From assembly GCA_016182235.1 (NCBI GenBank), contig JACOXT010000003.1, positions 66,209 through 130,208 of the forward strand: a stretch of DNA of 64,000 bases. Direction: 5' to 3'. This stretch comes from Candidatus Levyibacteriota bacterium (GTDB lineage Bacteria > Patescibacteriota > Microgenomatia > Levybacterales > UBA12049). A program made the translations under genes and the position numbers. Shown here piece after piece: positions 44,735-54,500 of this stretch (position 1 is its first letter; each line of letters starts with the position of its first letter). A model generated the notes under the pieces. That model did no database searches, was not told the origin of the DNA, and saw only the letters and a list, made by a program, of their open reading frames with translations.

Positions 44735-46901
44735 TGATTTCAGTTACAATTTTTATATTCTTTTCCAATAATGGAAGCTTTTTTGGTAAAAATGGAAGAT
44801 TTGGTGTAAATACGATGTCAACATTTGATACCTGAGATAGCTTATAAAGAAGATCCTCCGTTTTTGTGAATGAGGTTCCTTTTATTTCTTTTTTTAGCTT
44901 ATTTTCGTCTATTTTTGGTAGAAGCAATCCTTTAATAGTAAGTTCTGCTTCAATCTCCTCGTCATTTTTCTGTTCTATATTTTTAACATTTGCCTTAACA
45001 TTATTATAATCTATTTTTTGATCTTTTGGTAGATCTTTTTCTAAAAGAGGACGACCTACGACTATTAGATCGTCTTTTTTGTATAAGATGCCTTTGTATT
45101 CAACTGATCCTTTTAGTGTAAGTTTGTCAACCTCGTCTCCAACTTTTGCGTCCATAGTTTCATCTACGAGATTAGATGAAATAAAAACTGGCAAGAGAAG
45201 CCTATCTTTACTAAGTTCCTTTGATAACTCTTCCATTGCTTTTCTTTCTAATTGATTTGGAAGATCGATCTTTAATTTATTGCTATCTTTTTCCGATACA
45301 ACAGTAACTTCTTTTTTTGTTCCTCCCGAGAATGGATTATCATTTTTTGCAACAAGATCTGCAATCTCAAATGATCCCACATTAAATTTAGTGCCCGAGG
45401 GGAGATTATACTCTTTACCAATATCCTGAGAGGTTACATTAACTGTTTCTTTTTCGGGATTTACTACTTCATCTGCTGAGTGTGACGCCACAGCCTTAAT
45501 GGTAATAGATTTGTCTAGAGTAAATTCCAGATTATTAGGAGATTTTATGACAGAACCCTCTTCTAAAGTTTTACTTTGGCTAAGACTATTAAATATTGTG
45601 ACTGCTCCTTTTGCTTTGGTGCCAATTTCTTTTTTGCCTGTAGTTTGTATTGATACAGATCCATTTTCCGAGATTGTCACGAGCTCGCCATTTATGATAT
45701 TTTTACCAGGATCAGAAGGAGATGTCGTAGAGAATAAAATTTTTTGATCCTTTTCTATTATGTTGGGCTCCAAACTTATTACGATTGTTGCTTTAACAAA
45801 TAAAAAATAAGAAGCGATAACTCCTAGAATTAAAAGAATAATCGTAGGTATCAAAAGAGTTACTCTGCCTTTTGGGAACTTTATTTTTTTTGTGGATCTT
45901 AACAATTTTCCTAAGCCAATCGTTAATGAGGTCAAAAACTGGTTTGCGGTTTTTTCTTTTGCGGGTTCTTTTGGAATAGATTCTAATTTTTCGTTCTTCA
46001 CTTCCTTTGACGAAGACATTTTTGCAATATCCTGGTCTTTGACGAAGCCAAAATCCTCTGTTGAAAAACTCGCTTTCTGATCCCCGTCTTTACTCACTTT
46101 TTCTTCTATGTTTTGTGTATGCTCTTTGGAGGACATATCTTCTTCCAACATCTCAAACCCCATTTGGATTGTTACTCCAGAAAGTACGGATTTTGCATCG
46201 AATCCCTCCGGAAGACTCGTTATTTGAGGAAGATGAAGAAATGGCAGACTTTTACTGAAACTATGCCCTATAAATTCTTGACTTAGATCTTCTTTGCCGT
46301 TGAATATAATAATTCTTGAAGGTAAGACTTCAGATGTTTGAAAATATTTTAGTAGCGTATCAACAGTAAAGGGAATGGAATTGTGGATTTCTGAGGTTTT
46401 TGTTTCGATAATTTTTCCTCCTTTAATTAAAGTAATAGTTACATTTTTTTTGTTGACTTCTACGAGTATTGCTGAGAGGGGAGCGCCTTCTTCTTTTTGA
46501 AGAAGATGAGCTATTGCTTGGGAGATTACCAGAAAACCAATTGGTGTAAGCTCCAACTCTTCGCACGCCTTTTTTAATTTTATAAGATACTCTTTTTTTA
46601 TTTGGTTGTTTTGCGTCCAATCTTCCTTGACTCCAAAAATTGTTTGATGCGTCTCAATATTCTCAGGTAAAGATGATTCGGCTTGAGATATTGCCTTATC
46701 CAATACTTCTAGAAATTCGTCTAAATCGGCGTCTTCGATCGACTCTGAAAAATAAACTTGCTCCTGCCCAATTATTTTGACTTTATTTTCGCTTTCTTGA
46801 AAAATTACGGCATTTACTTTCTCTTGTCTTAGAATTAGAACCAAAAAATAGCGTGTTTCGACTTTCTTCTTAAGTTGTGGCAAAAATGGCAGCTTAATCA
46901 T
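44727..46901 (-). CDS. Large (724 aa) single-pass membrane protein, unknown function; the N-terminal third is weakly FtsA/PilM-like
   Basis: It is a long ORF with one central TM helix (VTLLIPTIILLILGVIASYFLFV). It overlaps the sortase start by 8 nt, and alaS ends 2 nt upstream. Confidence 0.6.
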   Translation of the reverse strand: MIKLPFLPQLKKKVETRYFLVLILRQEKVNAVIFQESENKVKIIGQEQVYFSESIEDADLDEFLEVLDKAISQAESSLPENIETHQTIFGVKEDWTQNNQIKKEYLIKLKKACEELELTPIGFLVISQAIAHLLQKEEGAPLSAILVEVNKKNVTITLIKGGKIIETKTSEIHNSIPFTVDTLLKYFQTSEVLPSRIIIFNGKEDLSQEFIGHSFSKSLPFLHLPQITSLPEGFDAKSVLSGVTIQMGFEMLEEDMSSKEHTQNIEEKVSKDGDQKASFSTEDFGFVKDQDIAKMSSSKEVKNEKLESIPKEPAKEKTANQFLTSLTIGLGKLLRSTKKIKFPKGRVTLLIPTIILLILGVIASYFLFVKATIVISLEPNIIEKDQKILFSTTSPSDPGKNIINGELVTISENGSVSIQTTGKKEIGTKAKGAVTIFNSLSQSKTLEEGSVIKSPNNLEFTLDKSITIKAVASHSADEVVNPEKETVNVTSQDIGKEYNLPSGTKFNVGSFEIADLVAKNDNPFSGGTKKEVTVVSEKDSNKLKIDLPNQLERKAMEELSKELSKDRLLLPVFISSNLVDETMDAKVGDEVDKLTLKGSVEYKGILYKKDDLIVVGRPLLEKDLPKDQKIDYNNVKANVKNIEQKNDEEIEAELTIKGLLLPKIDENKLKKEIKGTSFTKTEDLLYKLSQVSNVDIVFTPNLPFLPKKLPLLEKNIKIVTEING

Positions 46902-46903
46902 AC

Positions 46904-48709
46904 TTAGCTTACTTTTGAGTATATTCTTCTTTTTCCTTGACCGATATTTTCTTGCTTTATTATAGTAAACTTTTTTAGTTTCGATGTAAACTCAACATGA
47001 GGTCCACCGCAAAACTCTTTTGAATAGTTACCGATAAAATAAACTTTTACTTTATCTCCATACTTTTCGTCGAACAAACCAATTGCCCCAAGTTTTTTAG
47101 CTTTTTTTAATGGCAACATTTCAAAATGCACGGGCAGATTTTCAAGAATCTTTTTATTAACAATTTCTTCAACTTTTTTTAACTCGTCCAAAGTAAGACT
47201 ATTGTCATAATTAAAATCAAATCTTATTCTCTCAGTCGTAATATTTGATCCTGTTTGATGAACTCTATTTCCTAAAACATCCCTTATTGCCTGATGTAAT
47301 AAATGCGTTGCAGTGTGGCCCATAATTGTTTTTTCAGAGTGATCTGCCAAACCCCCAGCGAATTTCTTAGATGCTCCTTTTCTTGAAACCCTTTGATGTT
47401 TTTTCATTTTTTCCGCGAATTTTTGTTCATCAAAAACATAACCTAAGTTTTTTATTTGAGTAGGAGACAGACCGTGAGAGGAGTATAGGAAAAAGGCATC
47501 ATCGGAGTCTATTTCAACCTGGCCTTTCAACTCATCGCCTATTTTATACTTATCTTTAATAAACCTTTGAGCACGCGTAAGTACAAATCTATAGTTATTG
47601 GTTTCTTCCAAAATTGTGTTGATTATTCTTTGGGAATCTTTTTCTAATTGAGGATCTGTATCTTTGTGGTTCTCAATAATTGATTCACTTATTGCGCGTG
47701 TCGGAACCATCATGTTTTCGAATCCTCTTATTACGTTAATATTATCCAGCGCTCTACGAATGAGCCTTCGTAATATATAACCGTGTTCTTTATTGGAAGG
47801 CAAAACACCACTTTCTACGATAAATACTGAAGCAGCCATGTGATCAGCTATGATTCTCATCTCTTTTTTATTTTCCTGATACCTCTTGTACGTGATTTTT
47901 TCTATTGCTTTAATAATAGGAGCAAACAAGCTTGTCTGAAAAACATCCTGTTGGTTTTCAACTGCAGCCAGAAGCCTTTCCACTCCTGCCCCATGATCAA
48001 CGTTTTTTTGGGGAAGTTTTCTAAAGCTCCCGTCTTTTTCTTTTTGATATTCCATAAAAACACTATTAACTATTTCCATAAAGCGTCCGCATTGGCAGTT
48101 GGGGTGGCACTGTCTGCCGAATTTTGCATCATGAAGAGTATCAAATAAATAAAATATTTCGCTGTCTGGTCCACCAGGTTCACCAGGCGGCATATTGTCT
48201 GGTTCTCCAGCCCTAGACCACCAGTTCTTGGTATCGTAAAAAAATATTCTTTCTTTTGGATTTAAACCTTCTTTTGTAAAAATATCAATCCATAATTTTT
48301 CTGATTCTCTATCTTTTGCAATGTCTTTATATCCTTTGAAAACCGTTGCGTAAAGCTTATGAGAAGGAATTCCTAACTCTTTAGTGATAAATTCAAAAAT
48401 CCAGGGGATTTGTTCTTTCTTAAAATAATCTCCCAGACTCCAATTCCCAAGCATTCTGAAAAAAGTTGTATGTCTGTTATCGCCTATTTCTTCAATATCC
48501 TGGGCTCTAAAAGAATTTTGAACATTTACCAAACGTTTTCCTTGGGGGTGTGGTTCGCCCAAAAGATAGGCAACTAAAGGTTGCATACCGCTACTTGTAA
48601 AAAGAGTTGTCGGATCATTCTCTGGCACTAAAGGCGCATTAGAAATTCTCTTATGATTCCTTTTTTCAAAAAAAGAAATATATTTTTTAATAATTTCCTG
48701 TGCAGTCAT
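46904..48709 (-). CDS. alaS: Alanine--tRNA ligase (short form without C-terminal DHHA1 domain)
   Basis: It has a class II core (FTSSGMQP, RHTTFFRMLGNWS) and editing-domain motifs (HTATHLLHQAIR, CGGPHV). The SD aaggag precedes the ATG. Confidence 0.93.
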   Translation of the reverse strand: MTAQEIIKKYISFFEKRNHKRISNAPLVPENDPTTLFTSSGMQPLVAYLLGEPHPQGKRLVNVQNSFRAQDIEEIGDNRHTTFFRMLGNWSLGDYFKKEQIPWIFEFITKELGIPSHKLYATVFKGYKDIAKDRESEKLWIDIFTKEGLNPKERIFFYDTKNWWSRAGEPDNMPPGEPGGPDSEIFYLFDTLHDAKFGRQCHPNCQCGRFMEIVNSVFMEYQKEKDGSFRKLPQKNVDHGAGVERLLAAVENQQDVFQTSLFAPIIKAIEKITYKRYQENKKEMRIIADHMAASVFIVESGVLPSNKEHGYILRRLIRRALDNINVIRGFENMMVPTRAISESIIENHKDTDPQLEKDSQRIINTILEETNNYRFVLTRAQRFIKDKYKIGDELKGQVEIDSDDAFFLYSSHGLSPTQIKNLGYVFDEQKFAEKMKKHQRVSRKGASKKFAGGLADHSEKTIMGHTATHLLHQAIRDVLGNRVHQTGSNITTERIRFDFNYDNSLTLDELKKVEEIVNKKILENLPVHFEMLPLKKAKKLGAIGLFDEKYGDKVKVYFIGNYSKEFCGGPHVEFTSKLKKFTIIKQENIGQGKRRIYSKVS

Positions 48710-48745
48710 CTCCTTACATTATATCACGCTCAAATAAACATGCGC

Positions 48746-48774
48746 TTGAATTTATAATTTTTGTCTAGTATACT
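48746..48774 (+). promoter_or_regulatory. Promoter TTGAAT-17-TATACT, 10 nt before ATG 48785
   Basis: Exact spacing was measured. Confidence 0.6.
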
Positions 48775-48784
48775 CGTTTAGCTT

Positions 48785-49366
48785 ATGTCGAAGGCAGAAA
48801 TATATCCTGGATTTCAAGATAGAGAAACTAGAACTGGGGAGAAAGGCGCATTTGAAAATGGACAAAGGTTGGATGTTGTTGGCAGGAAGCTAAAGGTAGG
48901 AGAGAAAGCTCCTGATTTCAGTCTTCTCAAAGTTGACCCAGGAAGTGACGAGACGGCATTGGTAAGTCTTTCTCAAATGCCTGATAAATATTTGCTCTAT
49001 CTGGTTAATTCCTTTGGTACGCCGGTGTGTGCCTCTGAGGCAAGACAATGTGAAGATATTTCAAAGACCCTCAGGGACAATGGCGACGTTATTCCGATCT
49101 TTGGAGTAAGTAATGATGACCCTTCATTTTTGCGGGACTGGATGAAAGAAGATGGAATAACTAACCCAATTCTTTCTGTTCCTAAAGACAATAATTTTGG
49201 TCCAAACTACGGAGTTCTAATTCCAGCATATGATGGTCAGCTTCAACGTTCACTTTTTGGAATTGTGAGTGGTAAGTTGGTTTATACAGAATATGTATAC
49301 GATCAGGGTGAATTGCTCCCAAATTTCGTAGCTGCAGTTAGGGCTATCTTCATGGAGCAAGCTTAA
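48785..49366 (+). CDS. tpx: Thiol peroxidase (Tpx-like atypical 2-Cys peroxiredoxin)
   Basis: VGEKAPDFSL, NSFGTPVCASE (the S.DTPVC position), a second Cys in QCEDIS, and QRSLFGIV. Confidence 0.7.
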   Translation: MSKAEIYPGFQDRETRTGEKGAFENGQRLDVVGRKLKVGEKAPDFSLLKVDPGSDETALVSLSQMPDKYLLYLVNSFGTPVCASEARQCEDISKTLRDNGDVIPIFGVSNDDPSFLRDWMKEDGITNPILSVPKDNNFGPNYGVLIPAYDGQLQRSLFGIVSGKLVYTEYVYDQGELLPNFVAAVRAIFMEQA

Positions 49367-49561
49367 TTTCGTAGAGGACGTTAGAGATATTAGAGTGGAT
49401 AAGAAAAGAATAATTGCCAAGCTAGTCCATCTTATAGGTGGCCGCATGCCGCACTAATTTATCCAAAGTATGCCGCTATGTAGCGTTATACTTTAAGCGG
49501 TAAATAAGGCGCAGGAATATAAGTTTTAGATCATGTGATAAAATATTTTTGGAGAGGTTTT

Positions 49562-49831
49562 ATGAATGTTAATCAAACTTTAGATGCGCTAGCAATGGAT
49601 TTAAAAAGAGTTGCGCAGGGATATTATAGTGGGTCAGAAGTAATGGCTAGTCGCTTTGTGCAAGAAGCTTTTGTAAGGAAAGAGGAATTAAGAAATTCTA
49701 AACTCAAGCCTTATCTTAGAAAGTTACTTTCAAAAATGGATGAGGTTTTTAAAGAAAAAGATCATAAGAAACTTGCAGAAGATGCTCTGATGTATAGTAC
49801 TCTTTTCCAAAACGCAAGTCTCAAGAAATAG
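49562..49831 (+). CDS. Small helical hypothetical protein (89 aa)
   Basis: An ORF with SD ggagagg upstream of ATG 49562. No motif was recognised. Confidence 0.45.
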   Translation: MNVNQTLDALAMDLKRVAQGYYSGSEVMASRFVQEAFVRKEELRNSKLKPYLRKLLSKMDEVFKEKDHKKLAEDALMYSTLFQNASLKK

Positions 49832-49868
49832 TCTGACGCATGGAGGGGTCGCCTTACTTTGGGGACTT

Positions 49869-49900
49869 AATACTTAAATAATATATATTATTTAAGTATT
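49869..49900. terminator. Perfect 32-bp AT-rich palindrome (bidirectional terminator candidate)
   Basis: The sequence is aatacttaaataatat|atattatttaagtatt. It lies between the convergent 49562 gene and the ancestral nth end. Confidence 0.55.
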
Positions 49901-49964
49901 TTGGTAATATAATTTCTAAGCGGGCAATTTAAGTGCCTGCAGTGGCCGGGGCAGAAGTTGCGGC
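49888..49964 (-). pseudogene. Displaced relic of an nth 3' end (SRNFCPGHCRHLNCPLRNYITKILK*)
   Basis: By hand alignment, 49905-49964 aligns with nth 50747-50806 at 46/60 nt. The frame is kept, and CPGHCRHLNCPLRNYI matches CPAHCKHSNCPLRNYI. Confidence 0.8.
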
Positions 49965-50018
49965 TATTGGTGAAATCGAATACGGAATAAGGATAGGTAT
50001 GGTACAATATAAAAACTT

Positions 50019-50216
50019 ATGAGAAAGATTAGCGTAAATAAAATTATAAAAAACCAGAATAAATATGTTGTTTTAACAAAAGATAAATCAGATATTTTAG
50101 TATCAGGCGCTTCAATTCAGGAGGTTGAAAAAAAGCTAAGTAAGCTAAGCATAAAAGACGTTGTTATAACCTACATCCCGCCGGTAAATAAGTATCTTTC
50201 TCCGCTATGTCGGTAA
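50019..50216 (+). CDS. Small protein (65 aa) upstream of and overlapping the aspartic-protease-like gene
   Basis: An ORF whose ATG lies 10 nt after an extended -10 TGgTACAAT (50000-50008). No motif was recognised with confidence. Confidence 0.5.
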   Translation: MRKISVNKIIKNQNKYVVLTKDKSDILVSGASIQEVEKKLSKLSIKDVVITYIPPVNKYLSPLCR

Positions 50217-50632
50217 TAAGATTTGACTATACGCCTGAAGTTTTTATTAATCCCAAAACTCAAAAAGTTGACTACATTTATAGACCGCTTGTGGATGTTA
50301 GACTTTCTTATAAGCATAATTTTGGTAAAAATATTATTTCATGTTTGCTTGATTCGGGTGCGGATAAAAATTTATTTCCAGCAAGTTGGGGTGAATCTGT
50401 TGGGATAAACATAAAGAAAGGTGAGTCAGTTCGCCATTATGGAATTGGCGCCAATGATTTGATTGCCTATAGACATAAAGTAATGTTGTATATTGGTTCG
50501 TTTTCTTTTGAAGCATATTCTGATTTTAGTTTTGAGCAAAGTTTTCCACTTCTTGGCAGAGAGGGTTTTTTCAAATACTTCAAGGAAATTGTTTTTAATG
50601 AAAAAGGAAGATTTGTAAATCTTAAATATTAA
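50207..50632 (+). CDS. Retropepsin-like (clan AA) aspartic protease family protein
   Basis: The signature LLDSGADKNLFP (D-S-G-A) sits in a 141-aa protein, the size of single-lobe retropepsin-like proteins. Confidence 0.65.
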   Translation: MSVIRFDYTPEVFINPKTQKVDYIYRPLVDVRLSYKHNFGKNIISCLLDSGADKNLFPASWGESVGINIKKGESVRHYGIGANDLIAYRHKVMLYIGSFSFEAYSDFSFEQSFPLLGREGFFKYFKEIVFNEKGRFVNLKY

Positions 50633-50738
50633 ACGAAGCATTTCATCTACTTGGAGGTAGATCCTCGATTATATATTTTCTATAGTACAAGAAGATTCCG
50701 ATACGGGATCGGTGTAGATAAAAGTGAAAGGTAAAAAA

Positions 50739-51359
50739 TTATCTTTTAATATAATTTCTCAGTGGGCAATTGGAGTGTTTACAGTGAGCTGGACAATAGG
50801 TGCGGCCGTAAGCGATCATTCTATTTGTAAAATCAAACCACTCCTCACGCGGTAAAATTTTCATCAAGTCTTGTTCGATTTTCTCTGGATTTTTGTTATT
50901 TGTAAGTCCAAACAAGCGAGAAAGCCGTGTAGCATGAGTATCAACTGCAATACCTTCAGTTATTCCATATAAATTTCCCAAAATAATATTTGCTGTTTTT
51001 CTGCCCACTCCCGGCAGTTTGGTTAGCTCGTTCATTGTTCTTGGAATTTGACCCTTGTATTTTTCATCAATTATTCTCGCAGTTTCTTTTATAAATTTTG
51101 CTTTTTGCCGAAATAGTCCAAGTTGACTTAAATCTTTTTCAAGTTCGCTTAAATTTATGTTTTTATAGTTCTTAATTTCTTTATATTTCTCAAAAAGTTT
51201 TTCAGTTACCTCGTTTACTTTTTTGTCCGTATTTCTAGCTGATAAAATGACTGTAGTTAAAAGCTCAAAAGGAGTTGTGTAATTAAGAATTGTTTTAGAG
51301 TTAGGAAACAATTCTTTTAAAATCTTCAAAATTTCTTCTATTTCTTGTTTTTGACTCAT
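50739..51359 (-). CDS. nth: Endonuclease III
   Basis: HhH-GPD (LTKLPGVGRKTANIILG), VDTHATRLS and a C-terminal Cys cluster CPAHCKHSNC. ATG 51359 is preferred because TGtTATAAT lies 7 nt upstream of it. Confidence 0.9.
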   Translation of the reverse strand: MSQKQEIEEILKILKELFPNSKTILNYTTPFELLTTVILSARNTDKKVNEVTEKLFEKYKEIKNYKNINLSELEKDLSQLGLFRQKAKFIKETARIIDEKYKGQIPRTMNELTKLPGVGRKTANIILGNLYGITEGIAVDTHATRLSRLFGLTNNKNPEKIEQDLMKILPREEWFDFTNRMIAYGRTYCPAHCKHSNCPLRNYIKR

Positions 51360-51366
51360 ATCAGGC

Positions 51367-51375
51367 ATTATAACA
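51367..51375 (-). promoter_or_regulatory. Extended -10 TGtTATAAT, 7 nt before nth ATG 51359
   Basis: The minus strand reads tgttataat-gcctgat-ATG. Confidence 0.55.
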
Positions 51376-51504
51376 TTTGACCCCTTGACATTATAGAGCG
51401 ATATGTGATATAAGAATAACACTCTATAAATATATAAAGAAAAACAATAAGGCTAGTGTTGCCTTTGTTTTTTTGTTGGTAGAGAGACTACGACATATTC
51501 TCAA

Positions 51505-54500
51505 ATGCCAAAGACTGATAACAAAACTGACTCTTTCAGAATCAACTGGGGGAAAGAATATCCCTTTTTACCAAAACTAGATCTTCTTGCCATACAGAAA
51601 AATTCATATAAGTGGTTCATCGAAGAGGGAATCGGCGAAATTCTTAAAGAAATATCTCCTATAGATGATTTTACGGAAAAAAATTGGAGACTGGAGCTTA
51701 AAAGCTATAGAATTGGTAAGCCCGCTATCTCTCCAGAAATTGCCCTTTCAAAGGGTCTAATTTATGACGCCCCGTTATATGTAAAAGCGATTCTTATTAA
51801 TAAAAAAACAAATGGGACAATTAGTCAGGAAGTTTTTTTGGGCGATATTCCCCAAATGACAGAAAGAGGAACCTTCATTATAAATGGAGTTGAGCGTACG
51901 GTGGTTAATCAGCTTGTTCGTTCTCCCGGGGTCTTTTTTACAGCAATTCAAGATAATGTTACTGGCAAAAAATTATATACAGGAGAAATAAGACCTATTC
52001 ATGGATCATGGCTTGAGTTTTCAACTACAAGGTACGAGACGATAACGGTTAAGATAGACAGAAGAAGAAAATTTTTGGCAACGACCTTTTTAAGGGCTAT
52101 TGGAATTTCAACCAATGAAGAAATAAGTGAAGTTTTTAAGAAGCTTGAGATAGAGAATGGCACTTCTTTTATAGAGAATACTTTACAAAAAGATGAAACT
52201 GGAAATTCGAAGGATGCCGTAGTTGAGATATTCAAAAAAATGCATCCTGGAGAGCCAATTGTTTTTGAAAAGGTAAAAGAAAATTTCGACGGCTTGTTCT
52301 TTAACGCTCGCCGCTATGACTTGGGTAAGGTTGGTAGATATAAAATAAATAAAAAGCTCAAAGATTTTCCAGGCTTCTCTATGTCATTGGAGCACACTCT
52401 AACTAGGGGAGATGTCTTAGGAACAATAAGCTATTTAATAAAACTGGCTCAAGGATATGATGGAGTTGACGATATTGACAGTCTTGCCCATAGGCGGGTT
52501 AGGAGGGTTGGAGAATTGGTTGCCACAACAGCATTTAGAGTCGGAGCATTAAGACTCGAACGCAGCATCAAAGAAAGAATGAGTCTTATTCAGCCAGACG
52601 TGCCCCCCTCGATAGGCAGCCTTATAAATGCAAAGCCGATCATGGCCTCAATTAATGAATTTTTTAGAACATCTCAGCTTTCAACAATATTAGATCAGAC
52701 AAATCCACTTTCTGAGATTGACAATTTGAACAGGTTAACCGTGATGGGAACAGGCGGTATTAGTCGAGAAAGAGCAGCTTTCTCAATAAGAGATATTAAT
52801 AGCTCTCAATACGGAAGAATATGCCCAATTAGAAGCCCAGAAGGACCAAATATTGGATTAGTTACTTACTTGGCACTTTATTCTAAGATAAATGAATACG
52901 GATTTTTGGAAAGTCCTTATAGAAAAGTAGTTAAAATTAAAAAAGGAAATGATATTTTTGTTAAAGCAACAAATGAAATTATTTATTTGAGTGTGGATGA
53001 CGAAAGGCAATATCATATTACTCATGCGGGAGTATTGTCAAACGATACCATAAATGGCGATCGCGTTCCAGTTAGATATCAAGGTGGATTCAAAGAAGTA
53101 GAGAAAGAAAAAGTTGATTTTGTTGATGTTGTCCCAAGGCAGGTTGTAGGGACATCCGCATCTCTTATTCCATTTGTTTCCCATGATGAAACAAATAGGG
53201 CTCTCATGGGTACTCACATGCAGTGTCAGGCAGTGCCTCTTGTTGCCCCAGCTAGTCCGGTGGTTGGTACAGATATGGAGAAAGTAATTGCCTCAGTTAT
53301 GGGTAGAATAATTAGAGCCCCATTCGATGGAAAGATAATATACGCTGACGCTAATAAGGTAACAATAAAAGGCAGCAAGAAGGACGAAGAAGAAACATAC
53401 GACATAGAGTCATTTAAAAGAACATCGCAGGCAACATCTTATACGCAAAAAACCATGGTTGTCGAGGGACAGAAAGTTAAAAAAGGAGATATTTTGGTTG
53501 ATGGACCCTCTTCAGATAAAGGTGAATTGGCGCTTGGGCAAAATTTATTAATTGCTTATGCTTCTTTAGATGGTTTGGGATACGAAGACGCAGTTGTTGT
53601 TTCGGACAGACTTGTTCGTGAAAATGTTCTTTCATCGATTCATATTGAAAAACATGAGGCATCGGTAGTTGAGACTAAGCTTGGTCCGGAAGAAACCACG
53701 AGAGACATTCCAAACATTTCCGAGGAAGATCTAGCCAATCTTGATGAGGAAGGAATAATTGTTGTAGGAAGTGATGTTGTTCCGGGAGATATACTTGTTG
53801 GCAAGATAGCTCCAAAAGGAGAAACAGAGTTAACAGCCGAAGAGAGACTTCTTCGAGCAATTTTTGGAGAGCAGGCAAGAGAAGTAAGAGATACTTCCTT
53901 AAGGATGCCGCATGGTGAACGGGGAACAGTTATAAGTGTTCAAGTATTGGATAGAAGAAAAGGAGATGAACTCGAGCCTGGAACTTTGAGAAAAATTATT
54001 ATTGAAGTCGCACAATTTAGGCATGTTGTGGTTGGAGATAAGCTTGCAGGCAGACATGGAAATAAAGGAGTAATTTCTAAGATCTTGCCTGTTGCGGATA
54101 TGCCTTGTCTTGCAGATGGCACGCCGATTGATATAGTAATATCTCCCATAAGCGTATTGGCGCGAATGAACTTAGGCCAGCTACTTGAAGCACATCTTGG
54201 ATGGGCGTGTTCAAAGTTGAATAAAAAAGTGGGAATTCCTGTCTTTGAAGAGATTGGTGAGGAAAGAATTGTCGCATCTCTTAGGATGGCTAATCTTCCA
54301 CACGATGGCAAGACAGTTTTATATGATGGTAGGACTGGAGAGCCTTATGAAAATCCAGTCGTTGTTGGAATAGAGTATATTATGAAGCTTATCCATATGG
54401 TTGAAGATAAAACCCACGCAAGAAGTACTGGTCCTTATTCTTTGGTTACTCAGCAGCCGCTTGGAGGCAAAGCACAAATGGGAGGACAGCGTTTGGGAGA

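Noticed and set aside
53940-54311. Antisense ORFs inside rpoB, rpoC, dnaK, pnp, infB, groEL, fusA and others (e.g. 692..886, 25748..26107, 29570..29971, 54546..54851, 57565..57810, 62907..63152)
   Set aside because: They are shadow ORFs on the opposite strand of strongly supported conserved genes, with no independent signals.
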